NCBI GenBank assembly: GCA_030037955.1
Contig: JASHPT010000082.1
Location: forward strand, 1-54,213
Length of the DNA stretch: 54,213 nt
Reading direction: 5' to 3'
From: Thermoplasmata archaeon
Lineage (GTDB): Archaea > Thermoplasmatota > Thermoplasmata > Lutacidiplasmatales > UBA184
This document shows positions 8,956-18,483 of the stretch, piece after piece. The translations under genes were made by a program, and so were the position numbers. Each line of letters starts with the position of its first letter. Position 1 is the stretch's first letter. A model generated the notes under the pieces. It did not search any database, had not been told where the DNA came from, and saw only the letters and a list, made by a program, of their open reading frames with translations.

Positions 8956-8988
8956 CGTCGGGAGCGGGGCGCAACCACCGGCCTCGGC

Positions 8989-8996
8989 TTATTTAG
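8989..8996. promoter_or_regulatory. TATA-like box in the hef / GT2 divergent region
   Basis: TTATTTAG is centred about 25 nt upstream of the GT2 ATG (9018) and about 37 nt from the hef ATG (8955). Confidence 0.45.
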
Positions 8997-9017
8997 GGGG
9001 CCGCCTCCGACGCGGGG

Positions 9018-10160
9018 ATGCTGGCGCTGGCGTGGACGCTGCTCTTCCTGACCTACGCCGTGGTCGTCCTCGTCTTCCAGGGAGTGCCCATCTACCTGGC
9101 CTACCAGATGCCGCACCCGCGCGGCCCAGGCCGGCCGAGCCGGACCGGCGACTCCCCGCTCGTGTCCGTGATCATTCCCGCGCGCAACGAGTACCCCGAC
9201 CTGGGGACGTGCCTCGACGGCCTCGCGGCCCAGACCTACCCGTCCCTCGAGATTCTCGTGGTGGACGGCGGTTCTACGGACGGAACCCGGGAGCTGGTCG
9301 AGGCGAGGGCCCCGCGGGTCGTGCTCATCGACGAGCCGCCCCTGCCGGACGGTTGGGTGGGCAAGAGCTGGGCCTCGTGGACCGGTGCCCACGCGGCTCG
9401 AGGGCAATTCTTGCTGTTCCTCGACGCGGACACCCGACCTGCGCCCGAGGCCGTCGAAACGGCCGTGGACTGGGCGCAGAACGACCACGCGGATCTCGTC
9501 ACCTTCGCCAGCCGGATCGAGATGGTCGGCGTGTGGGAGAAGATCGTGATGCCGTTCTACGTGCAGATGGTGCTGACGTACTTCCGGACGCCGAGAGTGA
9601 ATCTCCCGGACTCCCGGGCCGCGATGGCCAACGGGCAGTTCCTCCTGGTTCGCCGGGGAGCGTACGACCAGGCCGGTGGGCACGAGGCGATCCGCGACCG
9701 CGTCCTCGAGGATGTGGCGCTGGCCGAGCGGTTCCGCAGCGCCGGCAAGACCCTGCGGGTCGGGTGGACACCCGAGCTCGTCACGACGCGAATGTACCGG
9801 AACTCTACGGAAATGTACGAGGGGCTCCTCAAGACAGTCTCCGGAGTTCGCTTCTCGGCGTCGCGGCAACTCGGCTTCGCCGTCGGGCTGGTGGTCTTCT
9901 ACTGGCTGCCGCTGGCACTCCTACCGGTCGGGCTCGCGACCGGTTCGGCCGGGGTTGCCGTGGTCGGGGCCGTCCTCTGGGTCGCGCTGTTCGGCAAGCA
10001 CGTAGCGCTCACCGACGCGATGCGCGGGTCGGGGGCCTACGGCCTCCTCTTCCCGGTGGCGGTCGGCTACTACCTGGTGCTGGTGCTTGTCGCCCTTCGA
10101 CGGGGGCTTGGACACCGACCGGTTCAGTGGAAGGGTCGGTCCTACCGGCTGACCGAGTGA
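9018..10160 (+). CDS. family 2 glycosyltransferase with C-terminal TM segments (CrtQ/HpnI-like lipid GT subfamily)
   Basis: VSVIIPARNE, ILVVDGGSTDGT, PLPDGWVGKSWA, LFLDADT. Hydrophobic N- and C-terminal segments. Confidence 0.85.
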   Translation: MLALAWTLLFLTYAVVVLVFQGVPIYLAYQMPHPRGPGRPSRTGDSPLVSVIIPARNEYPDLGTCLDGLAAQTYPSLEILVVDGGSTDGTRELVEARAPRVVLIDEPPLPDGWVGKSWASWTGAHAARGQFLLFLDADTRPAPEAVETAVDWAQNDHADLVTFASRIEMVGVWEKIVMPFYVQMVLTYFRTPRVNLPDSRAAMANGQFLLVRRGAYDQAGGHEAIRDRVLEDVALAERFRSAGKTLRVGWTPELVTTRMYRNSTEMYEGLLKTVSGVRFSASRQLGFAVGLVVFYWLPLALLPVGLATGSAGVAVVGAVLWVALFGKHVALTDAMRGSGAYGLLFPVAVGYYLVLVLVALRRGLGHRPVQWKGRSYRLTE

Positions 10161-10214
10161 ATCGGCCACCGACGGGCAAGCATTTTCCGCTCTGAGTCGC
10201 TCCGAGCGTCCTCG

Positions 10215-11693
10215 ATGTCCGCGGCGATCGAAGCGCCCTTCGGCCTCTTCATCGGGGGACAGGAGACGGCGGCGCACGATGGCCAGCAAGCGACGCTGCT
10301 GAATCCCGCGACGAACCGTCCCCTCGCGGTGACGTCGGTCGGCGGCCGAGAGGATGTCCGGCACGCGCTCGAGGTCGCCGACCGTGCCTTCCGGGACTCC
10401 CCGTGGGCCGGCGGCGACGGCTCGCAACGCACGAAGGTGCTCTTCCGGCTGGGGCGGCTGCTCGAGGAGCAGGCGGCCACATTCGCCGAGCTCGAGACGC
10501 TCAACATGGGCAAACCGCTCCGCGAGTCGAAGGGGGACATCGACTTCGTCGTCCGGACGCTCGAGTACATGGCCGGGCTCGCCGACAAGATCGAAGGCGA
10601 AACGATCCCGGTGCCGGGAGCGCGCTTCGACTACACGGTCCGGGAGCCGCTCGGAGTGACCGTCCACATCGCTCCCTGGAACTACCCCCTGCTGCTGGCG
10701 GTGCGTTCAATGGCCCCGGCGCTGGCGGCCGGGAATGCCGTGATTCTCAAGCCCGCCAGCCTCACCCCGCTGACGGCTCTCCGCTTCGCCAAACTGGCCC
10801 ATGAGGCGGGCGTTCCGCCCGGAATTCTGAACGTTGTCGTCGGGAGCGGGCGAGAGGTCGGCGAGACGCTCGTGACCGATGCCCGATGCGCGTCCGTCTC
10901 CTTCACCGGGAGCAGCGATGTCGGGCGACGGATCGCCGAGCTCGCCGCGCCTCGGATGATTCCGACGGTGCTGGAGCTGGGTGGGAAGAGCCCCGTCGTG
11001 GTCTTCCCGGACGCCGACCTCGACCGGGCGGCCCGGGCCGTGGCGAACGGAATCTTCCAGAACTCCGGGCAGATGTGCTGGGCCGGCTCGCGCCTGGTCG
11101 TGGAGGCGGGAATCGAGGCGCAGCTTCTGGAGAAGGTCAAGGCGGCGGCCCAGGGACTCAAGCTCGGTCCGGGCACGGAGGCCGGCGTCACGATGGGGCC
11201 CCTGGTGTCCCGCGAGCAGATGGACCGGGTGCTGGGGTTTGTCGCGGAGGCACGCGACGGTGGTGCTCGTATCGTGGTCGGGGGCGGCCGGCCGGCGGGA
11301 CCCGGGCTGCAGGAAGGGAACTTCGTCGAGCCCACGGTCGTGGCGGATGTGGACGCCGACGCGCGGATCGTCCGCGAGGAGGTCTTTGGCCCCGTCCTCG
11401 CGGTCCACCGTTTCGAGGGCGTGGACCAGGCGGTTCAGGTCGCGAACCGCACGACCTACGGTCTGTTCGCGTCGGTCTGGACCCGGGACATTTCCACCGG
11501 GCATTCCGTGGCCCGGCAGCTGGAGGCGGGCATCGTGACCGTCAACGAACCGCCGATGACCTTCCCCCAGACGCCGTTCGGGGGGTACAAGCAGAGCGGG
11601 CTCGGATTCGAGCAGGGCCGGGACGCCCCGCTCGTCTATACGCGTCGGAAGAACGTCATCGTGAGCCTCGGCGCCGCGAAGGCGAAGAAGTAG
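10215..11693 (+). CDS. NAD(P)+-dependent aldehyde dehydrogenase
   Basis: 492 aa with FTGSSDVGRRI, ELGGKSP, catalytic-Cys region GQMCWAGSRL and EEVFGPVL. Confidence 0.9.
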   Translation: MSAAIEAPFGLFIGGQETAAHDGQQATLLNPATNRPLAVTSVGGREDVRHALEVADRAFRDSPWAGGDGSQRTKVLFRLGRLLEEQAATFAELETLNMGKPLRESKGDIDFVVRTLEYMAGLADKIEGETIPVPGARFDYTVREPLGVTVHIAPWNYPLLLAVRSMAPALAAGNAVILKPASLTPLTALRFAKLAHEAGVPPGILNVVVGSGREVGETLVTDARCASVSFTGSSDVGRRIAELAAPRMIPTVLELGGKSPVVVFPDADLDRAARAVANGIFQNSGQMCWAGSRLVVEAGIEAQLLEKVKAAAQGLKLGPGTEAGVTMGPLVSREQMDRVLGFVAEARDGGARIVVGGGRPAGPGLQEGNFVEPTVVADVDADARIVREEVFGPVLAVHRFEGVDQAVQVANRTTYGLFASVWTRDISTGHSVARQLEAGIVTVNEPPMTFPQTPFGGYKQSGLGFEQGRDAPLVYTRRKNVIVSLGAAKAKK

Positions 11694-11748
11694 GTCGCCG
11701 GCGGAGACCTGGGGCCGCCCCCGGGGCGGCCCGAAGGCCGTACGAAGT

Positions 11749-12402
11749 GTGGAAAAAGGGGGGTGGTCCGGCTCTTCCGAGCCGATGGCGTCCCCGCCGA
11801 CCGAACTCCGGTGGACCAGTTGCGCCTTCTGTGGCGACGCGGCACCGCCGACGGCCAAGATTTGCCCGACCTGCGGGCAGCCGCAGGGGACTCCGGCGGA
11901 GCGCGCGGCCCTCGCAAAGTCTCGGCCGGGCCGTCGGCGGGCCACCCTGCTCCGGTGGCTCCGCATCCTGGTCGTTGTCGGGATCGCCGGTGGCATCGGC
12001 TATGCCATCATCGCAGCGGAGATCGCCGGCCCGACGACGTATCCGGACGCGCTCACCGGAAGCTGGACCCTGAGCGTCCACCCGGGCGGCTGGGGGCTGA
12101 TCGCCGGGAACATCACGGGAGAGGACTACATCGTCGGTAACTTTTCCGTCGAAGCCCCGGTGGCCGCCGACGTGATCGTCCTGATCTTTAACTCGACCGA
12201 GTTCGGCGTCTTCTTCCAGCACGAGGCGGCGCAGACGGTCGTGCCGGCGTACACGAACGTCACGTCCTCCCGGCTGGTCTTCGCGGCGCCCTACACGGAC
12301 GAGTTCTTCTTCGTCTTCGAGAACCCGTACCCGACCGCCGCGAACATCACCGAGCGGCTCTACGTCACCACGACGTACGAGACGAACGTGGTGCTGGGCT
12401 GA
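11749..12402 (+). CDS. hypothetical zinc-ribbon / single-pass membrane protein
   Basis: CAFCGD..x..CPTCGQ ribbon, then TM segment LRILVVVGIAGGIGYAIIAA, then an extracytoplasmic domain with N-x-S/T sequons. An ATG at 11785 is an alternative start. Confidence 0.55.
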   Translation: MEKGGWSGSSEPMASPPTELRWTSCAFCGDAAPPTAKICPTCGQPQGTPAERAALAKSRPGRRRATLLRWLRILVVVGIAGGIGYAIIAAEIAGPTTYPDALTGSWTLSVHPGGWGLIAGNITGEDYIVGNFSVEAPVAADVIVLIFNSTEFGVFFQHEAAQTVVPAYTNVTSSRLVFAAPYTDEFFFVFENPYPTAANITERLYVTTTYETNVVLG

Positions 12403-12414
12403 CCGAGTCGGCGT

Positions 12415-13065
12415 TCACTCGGAGGCGGGGGTCTCCGGGGCTCGGGACAGGAATTCCGCCGGCACCGCATCGACCAGGAAGACCGTCTTCCCGGCTCGCA
12501 TGATGACGACGCCGCCGTCCTGCGCTTTCCGGGTGTCGACGGCCAGCAGCACCGGGTTCGGTGTGCGGACGGCCCCGGCGGACCGGGCATCGGCGGCCGT
12601 CTTCGAGAGGTGGACCTTCTTCCGGTCCGACGGCTTGAGACCGACCTCGAGCACGATGGCCGCCTCCTCCTCGGTCACGGGGAAGAAGAGCTGCTCCGGG
12701 ATGTGGTCCGTGGGCAGGTCGAGGTCGACGTCCAGCGTGTGGCCGTAGGTCGCCCGGATCCGGTCGTCCTTGACCTCGTAGCGCCCCTTGGCGTCCGTCT
12801 CCGCGATCGCTACGATGTGATGGACGCGAAGCCACCGATAGGCGCGGTGCTGGTTCGAAATGTTTCGGACCATCTGGGGAAGCGAGACCCAGCCGTGCGC
12901 CTCCATCGTGAGCCCGTACTTCTCCGGGAAGTGTCGGAGGATGCCCGTGACGATCCGTCCGAGATGGTCGAGCTCTCGGTCATCCATCAGGAAGCGCGCG
13001 GTCTGGCCGCAGACCGGGCACGTGTCGCCGCGGAAGTAGCCGTGCTGCTCGCACTCTTTGAGCAT
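12415..13065 (-). CDS. kptA: RNA 2'-phosphotransferase (Tpt1/KptA) with N-terminal zinc knuckle
   Basis: C-terminal 216 aa of track ORF 12415..14124, starting MLKECEQHGYFRGDTCPVCG. KptA motifs LGRIVTGILRH, ATYGHTLDVDL, KKVHLS. Confidence 0.85.
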   Translation of the reverse strand: MLKECEQHGYFRGDTCPVCGQTARFLMDDRELDHLGRIVTGILRHFPEKYGLTMEAHGWVSLPQMVRNISNQHRAYRWLRVHHIVAIAETDAKGRYEVKDDRIRATYGHTLDVDLDLPTDHIPEQLFFPVTEEEAAIVLEVGLKPSDRKKVHLSKTAADARSAGAVRTPNPVLLAVDTRKAQDGGVVIMRAGKTVFLVDAVPAEFLSRAPETPASE

Positions 13066-13082
13066 GGGTGACCGGGAGGGAT

Positions 13083-13370
13083 TCAGGCCTTGATTTTGTC
13101 CGCCTTCTTCTCGAAGGCAGCCAGGGTATCGCCGTACCCGTCGGCGAGGTCCTTGAGCACGCGCTTCAGCACCTGCTGCGGCTTCTCGCCCTTGGTCTTG
13201 AGATACAACGTCGGCCGGTCGAGGATCGGGTGACCCAGGAAGTAGCGGGCCTCCACGACCTTGTCCTCGGCCTGGAGGGCCTCCACGAGCGGGATCAGGA
13301 GCGATTCCTCGCCCTTCGGAAGCTCGATCCGGAGGGCGTCGTGCTCCTTCTCGACGACCTTGATCTCCAT
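13083..13370 (-). CDS. rpoL: DNA-directed RNA polymerase subunit Rpo11 (L)
   Basis: 95 aa. ALRIELPKGEESLLIPLVEALQ...VVEARYFLGHPILDRPTLYLKTKG fits the RpoL pattern (a.Y...HPl...p.l.i.T). Confidence 0.75.
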   Translation of the reverse strand: MEIKVVEKEHDALRIELPKGEESLLIPLVEALQAEDKVVEARYFLGHPILDRPTLYLKTKGEKPQQVLKRVLKDLADGYGDTLAAFEKKADKIKA

Positions 13371-13516
13371 CGGCGAAACCGGACGCGGCCACAGAGGTCC
13401 CGTTCATAAGCGTGGCGCCGATTCGCATCGCGCCGGAGGGAACCAGGACCTGCGGCGCTGGCCCCGGGGGCCAACCGTATATCTCCGATTCGGTCCCAAC
13501 ACGTCGAGACGGGGCC

Positions 13517-14935
13517 ATGCGCGCATTGGTCGTCGGTGGAGGAGGCCGCGAGCACGCCATCGCCTCCGAGATCCACCGGGCGGAGGCCGCACTCGTCGTC
13601 GCGTCCCCGAATGCGAATCCGGGGATCGACCGCCTCGCGGCGGCGACCCTGAGGACCGACGTGACGGAGGCGAGCGGCATCGTCGAGTTTGCCCGGGAGC
13701 AGGAGGTGGACCTTGCCATCCTCGGGCCCGAGGCAGCCTTGGCGGCGGGTGTGGCCGATGCCCTCCGGGCGGCCGAGATTCCTGTCGTCGGGCCTGACCG
13801 GGCCGCCGCGCGCATCGAGTGGTCGAAGAGATTCTGCCGGGAATTGCTCCAGAAGCATGGCGTGCCCGGAAACCCTCGCTTCCGGTCCGTCACGGACCTC
13901 TCGGACCTGGAGGCGGCGACCCGGGAGTTCCCCGGGCCGTTCGTGGTGAAGCCGTCCGGCCTCTCCTCGGGCAAGGGCGTCTGGGTCCAGGGCAAGGACT
14001 TCCAGACGGCGGACGAGGGGGCCGCCCATGCACGGGCTCTCCTAGCCTCACCGGCGGGCCGCGACGGCCTCGTGCTGGAGGAGCGTCTGGACGGCGAGGA
14101 GTTCAGCCAGATGGCCTTCGTCACCGACTCCGGCGTCTACCCGATGCCGGCGGTGCAGGACTACAAGCGCGCTCTCGAGGGCAACCAGGGTGGAAACACC
14201 GGCGGCATGGGCTCCTATTCTCAACGGGACCACCTGCTGCCGTTCCTTTCGTCGGCCCAGCGGGAGGTCGCCATGGACATCCTGCAGCAGACCGTGGCGG
14301 CGATGCGGGCCGAGGGGCTCCCGTACCGCGGGATCCTGTACGGCGGATTCATGCTCACCCGAGACGGCCCCAAGCTCCTGGAGTTCAACGCCCGGTTCGG
14401 TGACCCGGAGTCGCTCAACGTGCTGTCGCTCTACGAGCCCGGGGATTTCGGAGAGCTGCTGATGGGCGTGGCGACCGGCCGGGTCGATCCCGTGAACGTT
14501 CGGTTCCGCCTGCGAGCCACCGTCACGAAGTACATTGTCCCGGTCGGCTACGGGGGGCAGCCCGCCGGCGGCGCCATCCTGGAGGTCGATGAGGCGGCGA
14601 TCGCGGACCAGGGCGTCCGCTTGTACTTCGGGTCCGTCGACCTTGCCGGGGCCGGTCGCGTCCGGCTGACCACCTCTCGGTCGCTGGGCCTCGTGGGAGA
14701 GGCGAGTGCGATCCACGAGGCGCACCGCCGGGTGGAGTCCGCGCTCGCCTTCGTCCAGGGGGACTTCTACGTGCGACACGATATCGGGAGCCGCGACGAT
14801 ATCGCGGCGCGTGTCGAGCACATGCGGAGCCTGCTCGCGCCCGGTGCCAAGGCCTCTCCTCTTCCGTTGTCGGTCTCCCCCCCGGACGCGTCGCCGGCCA
14901 GCCACGGTACGTCAGCCCAGGTCCTCACCGACTAG
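13517..14935 (+). CDS. purD: phosphoribosylamine--glycine ligase
   Basis: In-frame ATG giving MRALVVGGGGREHAIASEI. ATP-grasp body with KPSGLSSGKGV and GNTGGMGSY. Confidence 0.9.
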   Translation: MRALVVGGGGREHAIASEIHRAEAALVVASPNANPGIDRLAAATLRTDVTEASGIVEFAREQEVDLAILGPEAALAAGVADALRAAEIPVVGPDRAAARIEWSKRFCRELLQKHGVPGNPRFRSVTDLSDLEAATREFPGPFVVKPSGLSSGKGVWVQGKDFQTADEGAAHARALLASPAGRDGLVLEERLDGEEFSQMAFVTDSGVYPMPAVQDYKRALEGNQGGNTGGMGSYSQRDHLLPFLSSAQREVAMDILQQTVAAMRAEGLPYRGILYGGFMLTRDGPKLLEFNARFGDPESLNVLSLYEPGDFGELLMGVATGRVDPVNVRFRLRATVTKYIVPVGYGGQPAGGAILEVDEAAIADQGVRLYFGSVDLAGAGRVRLTTSRSLGLVGEASAIHEAHRRVESALAFVQGDFYVRHDIGSRDDIAARVEHMRSLLAPGAKASPLPLSVSPPDASPASHGTSAQVLTD

Positions 14936-15019
14936 CCGGGCCGCCGGGCGCCCGACCCGCCGCCGCTGTTCCCGGCGCCCGTAAAGTGTCATAAAGCGCC
15001 CCGCCCTCGCGAAGCTCCC

Positions 15020-15331
15020 GTGTTCTGCCCGAAGTGTAAGCGCCTGATGCGGCCCGATAAGGCCGCAGGGGTCTGGGTCTGCGCCGCCTGCGGGACGAAA
15101 GTCCCGCTGGGGAAGGGCGCCGAGGTCGGCCGCTCGGCGCCTCAGGCCCGGACGGTGGCCGTCGTGGAGGAGAAGCTCTCGGCGGCGCTTCCGACCGCGG
15201 ACGAGCTGTGCCCGAAGTGCGGCAACACGAAGGCCTACTGGGTACTCCGCCAGACCCGGGGCGCCGACGAACCCGAGACGCGTATCTTCGAGTGCACGAA
15301 GTGCGGACACAAATGGCGGGAGTACCAGTAG
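15020..15331 (+). CDS. tfs: transcription factor S (TFS / RpoM-like)
   Basis: Two zinc ribbons, CPKC..CAAC and CPKCG..CTKCG, and the acidic loop RGADEPET. GTG start, with TATA-like CATAAAGC about 27 nt upstream. Confidence 0.9.
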   Translation: MFCPKCKRLMRPDKAAGVWVCAACGTKVPLGKGAEVGRSAPQARTVAVVEEKLSAALPTADELCPKCGNTKAYWVLRQTRGADEPETRIFECTKCGHKWREYQ

Positions 15332-16623
15332 CGGTCGATCCGGTCGAACGGGTCCGGGCGCCCGACGCGGTGGGGAAACGGGTCCGGCTGCGGGGCTGGG
15401 TCCACCGCTCCCGTTCCTCCGGCGGTCTGCTCTTCCTCACGCTGCGGGACCGCACGGGCATGGTGCCGGTGACCCTCCGCAAGGATGCCGTAGGGCCGGA
15501 GCTGTTCGCGGCGGCCGAGCACGTCCAGTTGGAAGGGGCGATCCTGGTGAGCGGCGTCGTCGCGGAGGACCCCCGGGCCCCGGGCGGCCGCGAGGTGCGC
15601 GCCGACTCGGTCGAGGTCATCCACGCCGGCGAACCGTTCCCGATCTTCAAGGACCAGACGGAGGAGTTCCTGCTCGACAAGCGGCACCTCACGATTCGCA
15701 GCGAGGAGTTCGTCCACACGTTCCGCGTCAAAGCGGCGCTCCTGGCGGAGCTGCGACGGTTCCTGGCCGAGGAGGACGTCCTCGAGGTCACGCCACCGAT
15801 CATCACCGGCAACGCCGCCGAGGGAGGCTCCGAGGCCTTCGAGTTCGACTACTTCGGCCGACCCGGATACCTGGCGCAGACCGCCCAGCTCTACCTCGAG
15901 GCGATCATGTTCCCCCACGAGCGGGTCTACGCGATCACGCCCTCGTTCCGGGCGGAGAAATCACGGACGCCGAAGCATCTCACCGAGTACACGCATCTCG
16001 AGGTGGAGCTGGCGTGGACCGACCTCGACGGGCTCATCGACTTCACGGAACGGATGTTCGTCACGACCCTGCACCGGCTGGCCGAGCGAAGCGCCGCCGA
16101 CCTCCGGGCCCTCGGCCGCGACCCGGCGGAGCTGCGGGCGCTCGAGGCGCCCTTCGACCGCCTCACCTACGCCCAGGCGATCGAGCGGCTCAAGGCCCAG
16201 GGGTTCGCGCTCGAGCCGGGAGCGGACCTGGGAACCGGGGAGGAGCGCGCGCTGACGCTGGAACGGACGGCGCCGCTCTGGGTCACGCACTTCCCGGCCG
16301 GGATGAAGGCATTCTACATGCTCCGCTCCCCGGGCGACCCGACCACGGTGGAGGCCGCGGACCTGCTGGGGCCGGAGGGCTACGGAGAGCTCGTCGGCTC
16401 GAGCTGCCGCGAGACGGACATCGACCGGCTCGTCGACCGGATCCGGGCGACCGGCGCCCGTTCCGAGGACTACGAGTGGTACCTCGACCTCCGTCGGCAC
16501 GGCAGCGTGCCGCACGCCGGCTTCGGCACCGGCATCGAGCGGATCATGCGATGGGTCGTGCGACGCGAGCACATCCGGGACACGACGCCCTTTCCCCGGA
16601 CCCCGGCCCGGCACACGCCCTGA
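15313..16623 (+). CDS. asnS: asparagine--tRNA ligase (class IIb)
   Basis: In-frame ATG (MAGVPVAVDP...). AEGGSEAFEFDYFG, FRAEKSRTPKHLTEYTHLEVE, GFGTGIERIM, and a C-terminal FPRTPARHTP like bacterial AsnRS FPRTP. Overlaps tfs by 19 nt. Confidence 0.8.
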   Translation: MAGVPVAVDPVERVRAPDAVGKRVRLRGWVHRSRSSGGLLFLTLRDRTGMVPVTLRKDAVGPELFAAAEHVQLEGAILVSGVVAEDPRAPGGREVRADSVEVIHAGEPFPIFKDQTEEFLLDKRHLTIRSEEFVHTFRVKAALLAELRRFLAEEDVLEVTPPIITGNAAEGGSEAFEFDYFGRPGYLAQTAQLYLEAIMFPHERVYAITPSFRAEKSRTPKHLTEYTHLEVELAWTDLDGLIDFTERMFVTTLHRLAERSAADLRALGRDPAELRALEAPFDRLTYAQAIERLKAQGFALEPGADLGTGEERALTLERTAPLWVTHFPAGMKAFYMLRSPGDPTTVEAADLLGPEGYGELVGSSCRETDIDRLVDRIRATGARSEDYEWYLDLRRHGSVPHAGFGTGIERIMRWVVRREHIRDTTPFPRTPARHTP

Positions 16624-16699
16624 CCGCACCGACGTAGGAGAAATCCTAAGAGCGCGGTCCCCATGCGCCGGTCGTCGGGTACGCTCTGAGGCTCCGGTA

Positions 16700-17224
16700 G
16701 TGACTCCCCCAAGTTCTGCGGATCCGGCCGCCGGGGCTCCGGCCATTCCCACGCCCGCCGGTGTCGTGATCGACCGGGTATCGCACGAGGACATTCCCGA
16801 GATCTGCGCCCTCTACAAGCGGGTCTGGGACGCGCCGCATCCGGGCGTTCCCGCGGAGTTTCTCAAAGCGGCCGCCCCGGGCGCGCTCGAGTTCACGAGC
16901 CGGATGGAGGGCGTGACCTACTTCGTGGCCCGGGAGGGAAAGCGCCTCCTGGGGATCGTCGGCTGCTCGTTCTCGGAGGGGAACTGCCACCTGGTCGACC
17001 TCGCCGTCGACGTCGAGGCCCGGCGCAAGGGGCTGGCCACGGCCCTGGTGCTGACCGCCGTGGACTGGGCCCGCAAGAATCGAGCCAATGCGGTCTGGGC
17101 CGATGCGCTCGGCCGGTTCCCGGAGGCGAAGGCGCTGTTCCATCACCTCGGCTTCGCGTCGGCCGGGGTCCTCCACCGTCACCGGTGGAACGAGGACGTC
17201 CACTTCTACGAGACGTTCCCGTAG
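16700..17224 (+). CDS. GNAT family N-acetyltransferase
   Basis: HLVDLAVDVEARRKGLATALVLTAVDWARKN is the acetyl-CoA binding Q/RxxGxG/A-type motif. GTG start. Confidence 0.8.
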   Translation: MTPPSSADPAAGAPAIPTPAGVVIDRVSHEDIPEICALYKRVWDAPHPGVPAEFLKAAAPGALEFTSRMEGVTYFVAREGKRLLGIVGCSFSEGNCHLVDLAVDVEARRKGLATALVLTAVDWARKNRANAVWADALGRFPEAKALFHHLGFASAGVLHRHRWNEDVHFYETFP

Positions 17225-18198
17225 CTGCCGGAGGCGGCCCCGCGGGCCGCCGGCGTTCGCGGGGGCCGGAACGTCGACGAGCCGTGCAGCTGCACGAGCC
17301 GCCGCAGCCGGTGGAGTGCTTCTTCCCCCGAGCCCTGGGCGAAGAGCCGGGCTCCCCGACCGAGCTCGGCGATCTCCGTTTCGACCGGCGTGCCGTGGAG
17401 CCGTTCGTCCTGCAGGAAGTCCCCGTACCGGGACACGAAGCCCGGCAGCTCCCGCTGGACCTCTTCGAGGGCGTTGGTACGGAGCACCCGGAGCTGTTGT
17501 TTCAACGAGGCCAGCCGGCCGCTGCGGAGCTCCCGTTCGAGCTCCTGGCTCAACTCGTCCGGGTCGCTCGGGACCGCGAGGCCGAGGGCGGCCAGGTCCC
17601 GGAGGAGAGAGATCACGGACTCGAGCTCCTCCCGGGCGGTGTCCAGGTGACGCTCCTTGAGCGAGATCACGCGGTCGACCTGCTGGTAGGCCGTGAGGGC
17701 CCGGCTGATGTCCCCGGACTTCGCGAAGTGGACCGCGTCCTCCATCTGGTCGCGTTCGAGCCGGCTGTCGACGGCATAGGCTTCGAGGCGGGTCAGCCGG
17801 GTCTTGACATCCCGCTGCCACTCTTCGAGCGCCGCCAGGATCTGGTTCTGCGCGAGACGTTCCACGCCCTTGAGGACGTCTGCCCACCGGTCATGGTCGG
17901 AGGCCCGACGCGCGGCCTCCTCGGCCCAGCGGGGGAGCACCGGCAGCGTGAGTCCCAGGGGCTCGACCAGCTCGGCCCATTGCTGGAGCTTCGAGAATCG
18001 ACGGGCCAGGTCCGGGGACACCGCGGACTCGCGGACCGCCGGGCTGGGTCGGCTCGGCGCCGCCGATCCGACATGGATCGCGGCCGACGGCGGTCGCTCG
18101 GGCAGTGCATCGAGCGGGGCGCCGCAGTGAGGGCACCGGGCGTCGGCGTCGGAGACGTGCTCGTGGCACGTCGGACAGCGGAGCTCCTCCTCAGCCAA
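17206..18198 (-). CDS. hypothetical zinc-ribbon + long alpha-helical (coiled-coil-like) protein
   Basis: CPTCHEHVSDADARCPHCG ribbon, a Pro/Ser-rich linker, then about 230 aa of charged heptad-like helices (LERDQMEDAVHF..., LKERHLDTAREELESVISLLRDL...). Confidence 0.6.
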   Translation of the reverse strand: MAEEELRCPTCHEHVSDADARCPHCGAPLDALPERPPSAAIHVGSAAPSRPSPAVRESAVSPDLARRFSKLQQWAELVEPLGLTLPVLPRWAEEAARRASDHDRWADVLKGVERLAQNQILAALEEWQRDVKTRLTRLEAYAVDSRLERDQMEDAVHFAKSGDISRALTAYQQVDRVISLKERHLDTAREELESVISLLRDLAALGLAVPSDPDELSQELERELRSGRLASLKQQLRVLRTNALEEVQRELPGFVSRYGDFLQDERLHGTPVETEIAELGRGARLFAQGSGEEALHRLRRLVQLHGSSTFRPPRTPAARGAASGSYGNVS

Positions 18199-18219
18199 GG
18201 ACCCACCACCGGAAGGGCA

Positions 18220-18304
18220 TGCAGGGGGTGAGATTTGAACTCACGAACTCCTACGAGACCAGGACCTCAACCTGGCGCCTTTGACCAAGCTGGGCCACCC
18301 CTGC
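18220..18304 (-). tRNA. tRNA-Leu (anticodon GAG), type II with long variable arm
   Basis: Hand-folded: acceptor GCAGGGG/CCCCTGC, 3-bp D stem GCC/GGC, anticodon arm CCAGG-TTGAGGT-CCTGG, variable arm, T arm GTGAG-TTCAAAT-CTCAC, discriminator A. Confidence 0.85.
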
Positions 18305-18483
18305 GGGCCCCTCGGCGCGTACGGCTCTCGTGCCATAGCCTTTGTGCCCGGAAACAGGGCGGGTCTCGTTCCCCCCTCTGTATAGAGAGATTCTCCCACG
18401 GAAAACACTTGTACTGAGCCCGGCTCCGCGGTCCGATGCCCGACCGCCCGTCGCCGGGGCCTCCCGGCCCCGCCGGGCCCGCC

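Noticed and set aside
13066-14124. N-terminal 350 codons of the 569-aa minus-strand ORF ending at 12415
   Set aside because: It overlaps rpoL and is antisense to purD. It is Arg/Pro/Ala/Ser-rich. The KptA domain begins at the internal ATG at 13065.
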